This document shows, one piece after another, positions 1-7,181 of a DNA stretch of 13,572 nt. Source of the DNA: Candidatus Methylomirabilales bacterium. Its GTDB lineage: Bacteria > Methylomirabilota > Methylomirabilia > Methylomirabilales > CSP1-5. The notes below the pieces were generated by a model that worked only from the letters and a program-made list of their open reading frames with translations, did not search any database and was not told the origin of the DNA. The stretch lies in contig JBHIAH010000073.1 in assembly GCA_046758505.1 (NCBI GenBank), positions 1 through 13,572 on the forward strand. The letters run 5' to 3'. How positions within the stretch are numbered: the first letter of the stretch is position 1; the number at the start of each line of letters is the position of its first letter. Position numbers and translations under genes: made by a program.

Positions 1-69
1 CTCGTCAAGGATACCCCCGTCAATCCCCTGAAGTACATCCTCGATGAAGAGCGGCACCGGAAGTTTTAG
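1..69 (+). CDS. 3' end of a gene running in from the left; probable M23-family metallopeptidase C-terminus
   Basis: Frame 1 reads LVKDTPVNPLKYILDEERHRKF* (TAG 67-69). 'PVNPLKY' resembles the tail that follows the HxH/HYEV motif of M23 peptidases. Only 22 codons are visible. Confidence 0.5.
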   Translation, partial: LVKDTPVNPLKYILDEERHRKF

Positions 70-170
70 ATAGCGGCGGGCGGCGGTTTGGCATTGCGGT
101 CCCAGGACGGGCTGCGGCTGTTGACTCTTGTCCCCTGAGGAGTGCCACGGAAGAATTAAGGGGGGAGGAG

Positions 171-1289
171 TCATTCGTTGGTGGCGGCGTCCCAGGGAAC
201 ATACTCCATCCCGTGGGCGTCGGCTACGGCCGGGTGGGTGACGTGTCCGTGGACGATGTTCAGTCCCTTGGCGATCTCCGGGTTTGCCTGGGCCGCCCCC
301 TTCCACCCCTGGTCCGCGATGTCGACAACATAGGGGAGGGTGACGTTGGTGAGGGCAAACGTGGCGGTCCGACCGAAGGCCCCGGGCATATTGGCGACGC
401 AGTAGTGGAGGATGCCGTCGACGCGGTAGACCGGGTCGCTGTGGGTGGTGGGATGGGTGGTCTCGACGCATCCCCCCTGATCTACCGAGACGTCCACGAT
501 GACCGAGCCGGGTTTCATGAGCTTCAGCATCTCGCGGGTGACGAGCCGGGGCGCCTTGGCCCCGGGGATGAGGACGGCCCCCACGAGGACATCGGCTCGC
601 CTGACGCACTCCTCCACGCTCATGCGGTTGGACATCAGGGTCGTCACGTTGGGCGGAAGGAGCTCTTCCAGGGACCGCATCCGCGCGGTATCCACGTCCA
701 GGAGGTAGACCCAGGCCCCCATGCCTGCCGCCATCCTGGCGGCGTTATACCCGACAATTCCGCCGCCGAGGATGGTCACGGTGGCGGGGGGGACGCCGGT
801 CACGCCGCTCAGCAGCACACCGCGCCCCCCCTGGCGGCTGGACAGGTAGTAGGCGGCGACGGGGAGGGCCATCCGGCCGGCAATCTCGCTCATCGGCTCG
901 AGCAGCGGTTTCCGACCATCGGCGGTTTCGACGGTCTCATACGCGATGGCGACCACTTGGCGCTCCACGAGGGCCTGTGTCAGTTCGGGGGAGGGGGCGA
1001 GGTGGAGGTAGGCAAAGAGAATCTGGCCGGCCTTGAGGTGGGCGTACTCGCTCGGCTGCGGTTCCTTCACCTTGCAGATCATCTCGGCCCTGGCATACAC
1101 GTCAGCCGCATTGGCAACCAGGTGTGCACCCGCCTTGGCGTACTGCTCATCCCCCGTCCCGGCGCCCCTTCCTGCGCCCTGCTCGATGAGCACCTGGTGT
1201 CCCTTCGCGGTGAGGATGTGGACACCGGGGGGCATCATTGCCACCCGGTGTTCCTCGTCTTTGATCTCCCTGGGTACGCCGATAACCAT
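171..1289 (-). CDS. ald: Alanine dehydrogenase (372 aa)
   Basis: N-terminal IGVPREIKDEEHRV, KVKEP, YLHLA, PMSEIAGR, NAD-binding GGGIVG, VDQGGCVET and HYCVANMPGA are all AlaDH hallmarks. Confidence 0.97.
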   Translation of the reverse strand: MVIGVPREIKDEEHRVAMMPPGVHILTAKGHQVLIEQGAGRGAGTGDEQYAKAGAHLVANAADVYARAEMICKVKEPQPSEYAHLKAGQILFAYLHLAPSPELTQALVERQVVAIAYETVETADGRKPLLEPMSEIAGRMALPVAAYYLSSRQGGRGVLLSGVTGVPPATVTILGGGIVGYNAARMAAGMGAWVYLLDVDTARMRSLEELLPPNVTTLMSNRMSVEECVRRADVLVGAVLIPGAKAPRLVTREMLKLMKPGSVIVDVSVDQGGCVETTHPTTHSDPVYRVDGILHYCVANMPGAFGRTATFALTNVTLPYVVDIADQGWKGAAQANPEIAKGLNIVHGHVTHPAVADAHGMEYVPWDAATNE

Positions 1290-1308
1290 CGGATTTGGTC
1301 ACGCAATG

Positions 1309-1505
1309 TTCATGGTTCATGGAAAAGAACGATGTGCTGCTCTGAACTCTCAGCCCTGTACCCTGTACTCGGTCCGCACCCGACGCCGACCAACCTTGAA
1401 CTTTGAACCTTGAACCCTCCACGTTGAGCCTGAACCCTGACCCCTCACCTTTCAATTCCTGAACCCTGTCTTGTACCCTCTCAACCCTCAACTCTGGACT
1501 CTCAG
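1309..1505. repeat. Degenerate heptamer tandem-repeat array (consensus about CCYTGAA) in the nadE-ald intergenic region
   Basis: Block 1 (1340-1367): ctctgaa ctctcag ccctgta ccctgta. Block 2 (1394-1505): ccttgaa ctttgaa ccttgaa ccctcca cgttgag cctgaa ccctgac ccctcac ctttcaa ... ccctcaa ctctgga ctctcag. Two inverted copies, ttcatgg ttcatgg, lie at 1309-1322. Confidence 0.85.
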
Positions 1506-1511
1506 CGTGCC

Positions 1512-2351
1512 TCACACGCCCCAATCCCGCGGATAGCGAAAGTCGCGATCGATGGTGCGGGCCGAAATCTTGGCGACGACCGGTGGCCGCCGTTTGTACT
1601 GCGACGATTGGACCTTGCGAATGACCGCCTGGACAAACTGGGCCTCGAAGCCGAGCGCGATCAGGGCGGGGAGTTCGTATCGGCGGTCCACCATGTAATA
1701 CAGCAGGCGGTCCACCGCCTCGTACGTAAAGCCCAGCTCCTCCTCATCGGTCTGTCCCGCCCACAGGTCCGCGCTCGGCTTTTTCCCGACGATCTCCGCG
1801 GGGACGTCGAGATGCACGGCGAGGCGTTGGACCTGGGTTTTGAAGAGGTCCCCGATGGGATTGAGGGCCGACGCCATGTCCCCGTACAGGGTCCCGTAAC
1901 CCAGGAGGAGTTCCGTCTTGTTGCTCGTGCCCAAGACCAGGGCGCCCAGGCGGGCGGAGTGGTCGTACAGGACCGTCATCCGTTCCCGGGCCATCTTGTT
2001 TCCCCGTCGCACGTGATCGGCATCCGGGAACGCGGCGAAATAGGCGTCGATCTGGGGGGTGATGTCTACCTGGAAGAAATTGATTCCGAGCCGCGCGCCG
2101 ATGAGCTGGGCGTCGCTCACGCTTTCGGGACTCGAGGCATGATACGGCATGCTCACGCCCCACACGTTGGCGGGGCCCATCGCCGCGGCGGCGAGGGTGA
2201 CGGAGAGAGAGGAGTCCACGCCCCCCGAGAGTCCGACGATGACGCGGTGAAAGCCGGCCCGTCGCACTTCGCTCTCAATAAAGCCGGTCAGGATCTGGGC
2301 GCAGAGATTCCAGTCCAAGGCGAGTTCGGGGGTGATGGCGGTGGCGTTCAT
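1512..2351 (-). CDS. nadE: NAD+ synthetase, synthetase domain only (279 aa)
   Basis: PP-loop [62 protein letters not shown]. Confidence 0.96.
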   Translation of the reverse strand: MNATAITPELALDWNLCAQILTGFIESEVRRAGFHRVIVGLSGGVDSSLSVTLAAAAMGPANVWGVSMPYHASSPESVSDAQLIGARLGINFFQVDITPQIDAYFAAFPDADHVRRGNKMARERMTVLYDHSARLGALVLGTSNKTELLLGYGTLYGDMASALNPIGDLFKTQVQRLAVHLDVPAEIVGKKPSADLWAGQTDEEELGFTYEAVDRLLYYMVDRRYELPALIALGFEAQFVQAVIRKVQSSQYKRRPPVVAKISARTIDRDFRYPRDWGV

Positions 2352-3232
2352 GGGATCCCTGCAGCACGAGCCTGGAGGATTCGCTCGAGCTGGCGGGTGA
2401 TCCGCTTGAGCTCGCGGAGGGTGAGGTCGACCCGCTCGTCTCGGAGCAGGGGATTGGCGATGCGTTCCCGCCGGACCTCGCTCCGATCGATGGTGGCTCG
2501 CAGGAGCACTTCCTCGAGCTGAGGGGCCTTGACCAGGGCCTCCCCCGTGGGGGCGATGACCTCGGACCCCCCCCAGAAGCAGGTGCCATCCTCGTATCCG
2601 ACCCGGTTGCAGAAGCAGAGAAAGCAGGTAAAGAGCTGGGCGTAGGCACGGTTCAGGTGCTCCCAGGCCGCCGCGTTGCTAAAGGTTCCCTCTGGCCGGA
2701 GCCCCCGGCCGGGGCTCGCGGATATGCAGAGAATGACCTGGGCACCGTCCAGGGCAGCGAGGTAGGCGGTGGCCGGGTGCCACAGGTCCTCGCAGATGGT
2801 GAGGGCCATCCGGCCAAATCGGGTCTCGAAGGCCCGCAACCGGTCCCCCTGGGCGAAATACCGCTGTTCGTCAAAGAGACCATAGGTAGGAAGGTAGAGC
2901 TTCCGGTGCAGGTGGCAGAGCTTCCCATCCTCGAAGTACATCGCGGCGTTGAAGAAACGGTGATCGGAAGACTCCTCTACGAGGCCGAGCACGATGGCCA
3001 TCCGTCGGCTCGCCCGCTTCACAAGATCGAGCCGGGGATCCCGGGGGGTGAGGGCGACTGAGGGGACCATGTCCTTGAGAAAGTAGCCGGTCAGGGAGAG
3101 TTCCGGGAAGAGGAGAAGGTCCACCCCCTGTTGCTCTGCCTCATGGAGGATCTTGTCGTGGAGGGCAAGGTTTCTCTCCAGGTCCCCGAGGACCGTTGAG
3201 AGCTGAGCGATGCCGACAGTGAACTTCTCCAT
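2348..3232 (-). CDS. Carbon-nitrogen hydrolase (nitrilase superfamily); probable stand-alone glutaminase subunit of NAD synthetase (294 aa)
   Basis: Catalytic E-K-C triad in [27 protein letters not shown] and ICEDLW. SD GGAGG upstream. Overlaps the nadE start by 4 bp (ATGA). Confidence 0.9.
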   Translation of the reverse strand: MEKFTVGIAQLSTVLGDLERNLALHDKILHEAEQQGVDLLLFPELSLTGYFLKDMVPSVALTPRDPRLDLVKRASRRMAIVLGLVEESSDHRFFNAAMYFEDGKLCHLHRKLYLPTYGLFDEQRYFAQGDRLRAFETRFGRMALTICEDLWHPATAYLAALDGAQVILCISASPGRGLRPEGTFSNAAAWEHLNRAYAQLFTCFLCFCNRVGYEDGTCFWGGSEVIAPTGEALVKAPQLEEVLLRATIDRSEVRRERIANPLLRDERVDLTLRELKRITRQLERILQARAAGIP

Positions 3233-3252
3233 CGACGCTATCCTCCCGTTCC

Positions 3253-3281
3253 TTGACAGGCTGCCGGGGATCTAGTAAGGT
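3253..3281 (+). promoter_or_regulatory. Putative sigma70 promoter for the small HEAT-repeat gene
   Basis: TTGACA (3253-3258), 17-bp spacer, TAAGGT (3276-3281); SD GGAGG at 3304-3308 before ATG 3314. Confidence 0.5.
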
Positions 3282-3313
3282 TCCTTCGCACCGCACCTGA
3301 ACCGGAGGCAGTC

Positions 3314-3934
3314 ATGGAAGAGATCCTCATGCGCATCCGACTGGCCCTGACCCTGGCTGTTCGGGATCAGGAGGTCGCCGTTCGGATCGAGGCGGCCCGT
3401 GCCCTAGAGCGGATCGAAGGGGCATCCGCCCTGGAGCATCTCGCGGTGACCGTGGACTCCCCCGACACGGCCGGTGCCCTCCGGGCCCTGTATGCCGTGG
3501 CGGACATCGGCGGGGAGAAGGCCTTTTCGATCTTGCTCAACGCGCTCAAGAGTCCTCAGGCTGAGGTCCGGGCGGCGGCGGTCAAACTGATCGCACGGAC
3601 CCGGGACCCGAGTGCTTTGGACCATCTCATCGAGGGCCTGGAGGATCCGAACCCTGATGTCAAGATCCTCATCGTGGAGGCCTTGGGCGATCTCCGGGAG
3701 CCGAAACTTCTGGAGGTCCTCCTCCCCCAGCTTGAGCAGGCATCCGGTCCGCTCCGGGAAGCGGTGATCACCGCCCTCGGGAAGCTGGGGGATCTCCGGG
3801 CGGTCCATGCGCTCCTCCCGCTGTTGACGGACGACGCGCCGACCGTGCGGGAGCGGGTCGCGGAGGCCCTGGGTCGTTTGGGGGTCCGCGCGGCAGAGGA
3901 GAGGCAGCTCAAGGGGATCAGCCCTCCGGTGTAG
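3314..3934 (+). CDS. HEAT-repeat (PBS-lyase-like) protein (206 aa)
   Basis: About six repeats of ~31 aa such as VRIEAARALERI, VRAAAVKLIART, LREAVITALGKL and VRERVAEALGRL; good SD. Its 3' end overlaps the convergent HD-GYP gene by 17 bp. Confidence 0.88.
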   Translation: MEEILMRIRLALTLAVRDQEVAVRIEAARALERIEGASALEHLAVTVDSPDTAGALRALYAVADIGGEKAFSILLNALKSPQAEVRAAAVKLIARTRDPSALDHLIEGLEDPNPDVKILIVEALGDLREPKLLEVLLPQLEQASGPLREAVITALGKLGDLRAVHALLPLLTDDAPTVRERVAEALGRLGVRAAEERQLKGISPPV

Positions 3935-5321
3935 GACTCTTCTCCTGTACTAGGCGTGCGACATCCATCTCCCGGATCGCCGGATCACACGCGATCACAA
4001 TGGACCGGGCATAGTCCTCCGCCTGTGGATCCCACTCCATGAGGCTGACCTCTGCCCCATCCACGACGTTTCCTTCCCGATCCCGGACAATCCGGACCCA
4101 CGGCCGCGCGGTGTCCTCGGTCTCTGGACGGGTGACGACGCCGATCTCTTCCGTCGTCAGCCGGACCACCGTCCCCGGGGGATAGATGCCGAGCATCTCG
4201 ATGAAGGGTTCGAGCACCTGGGGGTCGAAGGCGGTGCTGGCCAGCTTCTTCATCCGCGAGATCGCCTGGCTGGGGTCGGCGGGGCCCTGGTAGGGACGGA
4301 CCGTGGTCATGGCGTCGTAGGTATCGGCGACGTGGACGAGCATGCTGTAGGCATGGGGCTGCTCCTCGGGTTCGAGGGGGGGGTACCCCCGTCGGTCGTA
4401 ATCGACGTGGTGTTCCCGCGTCACCCGGAGGGCGATCTCGGACTGGACCCCCATCTCCTTGAGGATCCGCACCCCCTCCACCGGGTGCTGCTTGATGATC
4501 GCCCACTCCTCATCGGTCAGCTTTCGGGGCGCACGGATGATCGATTCGGGGATGTGGATCTTCCCCACGTCGTGGAGCAGCGCGCCGAGCCCCAGCTCCC
4601 GAAGGGCCGCCTCGTCGAGCCCCAGGCTCTCCCCCAGGGCCATGGTGAGGATCCCCACGTTCACCGAGTGGTTGAAGAGATACTCGTCGTAGCTCTTGAT
4701 CATGGTGAGCGCCATGAGGGAGTGTTTGCCCTTCAGGATCCCCCCCACCATGTCCTCGACCGTCCGCTGGACGTCGCCCAAGGAGGGGACCTTGCCGAGC
4801 CGTGCCTCCTGGAACACCTTCCGAATGGTCTGGAGGGCGCGGCTGTAGATGGCCCCGGCCCCGACGCGCTCATCCACCGCCTCGGCCTGGGGCTCTTCCT
4901 TCGGTTCCTCCCGCGCGAGCTGGACGAGGTGGATGTGGGAGACCTGCCGTGTGGCGAGCTCCTGCGCGAAGTCAACGTTCGCCGCGTCCAACCCGAGGAG
5001 CTCCACGAAATGTCGGAGGTCCTCCTGGGTGCAGCCCTTCTCGAAAGTGATCCCCTGGATCTCCCCATTCTGGAGCCGCGTCACGAGGTTCCGGGCGAGG
5101 TCAGCCTTCGACGTGAACGGCACCGCGTCGAGAATCAGCGTGTCGTGCACGAGCCCCAACGTGATCCGCTCTCGGTCGCCGAGCAGCTTCTCGAGGGCGT
5201 CCCTGAGGTTCTTGAAAGCGCGCGCGGCGGCGGGGTGGGTGGGAGAGTAGAGGCCGAGATTCTTCCAGGCGGCATTGAGGCTCTGGAGGAAATGCTCGGC
5301 GTCTCTGGGCTCCACGCTCAT
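3918..5321 (-). CDS. HD-GYP domain cyclic-dinucleotide phosphodiesterase with an uncharacterised N-terminal domain (467 aa)
   Basis: DEYLFNHSVNV, LLHDVGK, IKQHP, EHH...GYP, VADTYDAMTTVRPY. Start moved from 5507 to ATG 5321, which overlaps the upstream stop as TGATG. Confidence 0.92.
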   Translation of the reverse strand: MSVEPRDAEHFLQSLNAAWKNLGLYSPTHPAAARAFKNLRDALEKLLGDRERITLGLVHDTLILDAVPFTSKADLARNLVTRLQNGEIQGITFEKGCTQEDLRHFVELLGLDAANVDFAQELATRQVSHIHLVQLAREEPKEEPQAEAVDERVGAGAIYSRALQTIRKVFQEARLGKVPSLGDVQRTVEDMVGGILKGKHSLMALTMIKSYDEYLFNHSVNVGILTMALGESLGLDEAALRELGLGALLHDVGKIHIPESIIRAPRKLTDEEWAIIKQHPVEGVRILKEMGVQSEIALRVTREHHVDYDRRGYPPLEPEEQPHAYSMLVHVADTYDAMTTVRPYQGPADPSQAISRMKKLASTAFDPQVLEPFIEMLGIYPPGTVVRLTTEEIGVVTRPETEDTARPWVRIVRDREGNVVDGAEVSLMEWDPQAEDYARSIVIACDPAIREMDVARLVQEKSPTPEG

Positions 5322-7090
5322 CAGGCCTCCTCTGTCTCCTCGGAGCGGTGGGCGCCCTTCAGGGCGGTCTCGCAGGCCCGTCTCAGGGCTGGAGGTGCTG
5401 ATCGAGCCGCCGCCCGTAGCGCTTCCGTGGCTTCTGATCCCCCGAGTGCTCCGAGGGCGTACGCGGCGGCGATCCGAAGCTGCTCCGTCCGGCGACGCAA
5501 CAGCCATCGCTTCCGATGCAACAGAAAGAGAAGAGTCGGCAGTGCCTCGGCGTCCCCGATAGCACCCAGCGCGGCGATTGCCATCTTTTGTTCCTCGAGT
5601 TCCCGGGCCCCCGGGGGTTCCTGCGCGATCCGCCGAAGGGGGGAAACGGCTGCCCTGACCTTCAGTCCTCCGAGGGTAGCCATGGCCGCCTCCCGCACCG
5701 ACGGCTCGGAATCCTCTAACACGAGGAGGAGCGATTCGCCGGTAAGCTCCCCGCCCATCTGCCCAAGGAGCCGGACGCTCTCCCGGCGGATCCGGGCATC
5801 GGAATGCCGCAGCAGCCCCGTAAGGATCTCTGTGACCTCCGTCGCCTCGAGCCTCTGGAGCAGCGGGAATAGGCGTCTTGCCCTTTCCCAGGCCGGGGCC
5901 TTGAGTGCCGACCTGATCGCAGGGCGGGCGGCGTCCCCCATCTGGATCAAAAGGTCCGCCATTCTGTGCCGGGCTGCTATCTCCCGCTCTCTGACGAGTT
6001 GGTGCACCAGTGGTCCGGCCAACTCCGCCTTCAGCGTAAGCAAGAGATGGACCAAATCATCCTCGGGGATAGCCCCCCCTCGGCAGAACCCCTCGACCAA
6101 GGGCTGAGGGCCTGTCTCGTCCAACAGGGAGCGCAGGGTCCAGCGCGCGTACCGTGTGACCGTCTCTGCCTTGGCGCTGCTGGGGTCGAGCTCTCGGGCC
6201 AGGGCTGCCATGATCCGGAGGCATGGTTCGTCTTCGCCTCGGGCCAATGCCTCGCGTCCCATGCGGGACAATTCCTCGGTGAGATACTCGTACCGGGCGG
6301 GGCGATCCGTCTGTTGGAGCTCGAGGATGAGGGCCTCCAGGTCGGGCCGCGCTTCCTCTGCCTGTGCTTCCCCCGCTTCCCCGCCTGCCTCCTCTGTTCC
6401 GGCTTTCTCATCCGGCCCCCCGGTCAGTCCGCCTGCTTCCCCCTCTCCGGCATTCTCGGTACCGTGCGGTTCACCTCCTGGCATGGGAGCGGCCTGCGGG
6501 GCCGCTTGCTCTGCCGGCGTCGGCGGAGCGGGCTGTGCTGTCGGGTCCCCCGGAGGTCCCTCTTGGTGGGTTGTGGCTTCAGCCCCGCGAGGGGAAGCCA
6601 TACCGACGAATTTCATCTCGAGATCCTCGACTTCGACCCCCCTCGCCCCCCGTTCCTGAAGGAAGGCCGACCCTCCCCCCTGCCGGGACAGCTCCGCAGG
6701 CTCCATGATCAGCAGCTCCGTCAGGTGTTGAAGATCCTCGAGGCGAACCCCGGAGAGGAAACGGAGTGCGTAGATCCTGCGGATGGTGAGTTCCAGGTCG
6801 AACCCCTGAAGCAGGGGATGATTCCGGCCCACCGGCACGTCGGCACAGCAGAAACCTTCACGGCTGATCTGGAGGGAGAGGGGGGCCTGCTGGGCGAGGA
6901 GTTCCGTGATCTGTTTGTGGCTGCGCTCCAGGGCCTGCACCCTGGCCGGATGGTTGGCCCCGTAGGCCAGGAAAATTTTGATGGCCTTCTTGATGCCGAC
7001 GAGAACCTCGGCCAGCTCGCGTTGGAAACCCGCATCCGCGTGCGTATCTCTGCTTGCGTCCTTGCCCATCATCCGGCCTTTCGGCTGCAT
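5321..7090 (-). CDS. Large HEAT-repeat protein with an N-terminal YxxxHP domain and an acidic/Pro-rich linker (~589 aa; start uncertain)
   Basis: C-terminal HEAT repeats (IRRESVRLLGQM, VREAAMATLGGL, AIAALGAIG, LRIAAAYALGAL) and a low-complexity linker at about 6350-6600. The track's TTG start at 7129 abuts a predicted -10 box, so ATG 7090 (or 7072/7069) is preferred. Confidence 0.82.
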   Translation of the reverse strand: MQPKGRMMGKDASRDTHADAGFQRELAEVLVGIKKAIKIFLAYGANHPARVQALERSHKQITELLAQQAPLSLQISREGFCCADVPVGRNHPLLQGFDLELTIRRIYALRFLSGVRLEDLQHLTELLIMEPAELSRQGGGSAFLQERGARGVEVEDLEMKFVGMASPRGAEATTHQEGPPGDPTAQPAPPTPAEQAAPQAAPMPGGEPHGTENAGEGEAGGLTGGPDEKAGTEEAGGEAGEAQAEEARPDLEALILELQQTDRPARYEYLTEELSRMGREALARGEDEPCLRIMAALARELDPSSAKAETVTRYARWTLRSLLDETGPQPLVEGFCRGGAIPEDDLVHLLLTLKAELAGPLVHQLVREREIAARHRMADLLIQMGDAARPAIRSALKAPAWERARRLFPLLQRLEATEVTEILTGLLRHSDARIRRESVRLLGQMGGELTGESLLLVLEDSEPSVREAAMATLGGLKVRAAVSPLRRIAQEPPGARELEEQKMAIAALGAIGDAEALPTLLFLLHRKRWLLRRRTEQLRIAAAYALGALGGSEATEALRAAARSAPPALRRACETALKGAHRSEETEEA

Positions 7091-7129
7091 GTCGCTGCCA
7101 CCGGCACGGTGTTGGCGGCTCGTGCGCAA

Positions 7130-7157
7130 ACTATAGCAAAACGCGGACCAATGTCAA
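7130..7157 (-). promoter_or_regulatory. Putative sigma70 promoter for the HEAT/HD-GYP pair
   Basis: On the minus strand: TTGACA (7157-7152), 16-bp spacer ending in TGc, TATAGT (7135-7130). This gives a consensus -35 and an extended -10. Confidence 0.6.
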
Positions 7158-7181
7158 TTGAGGAGCGCGCCGCAGGCCGAT

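Noticed and set aside
70..170. Possible terminator or ncRNA between the convergent M23-like gene and ald
   Set aside because: Only weak, imperfect stems are present, with no clear U tract or recognisable RNA family motif.
1340..1505. Possible CRISPR array or small ORF (1147-1524) in the repeat tract
   Set aside because: The units are 7 bp with no unique spacers and no cas genes nearby; the ORF translation merely reflects the heptamer periodicity.
5322..5507. N-terminal extension of the HD-GYP ORF (529-aa call)
   Set aside because: It overlaps the upstream HEAT gene out of frame; the TGATG junction at 5319-5323 gives the natural start.
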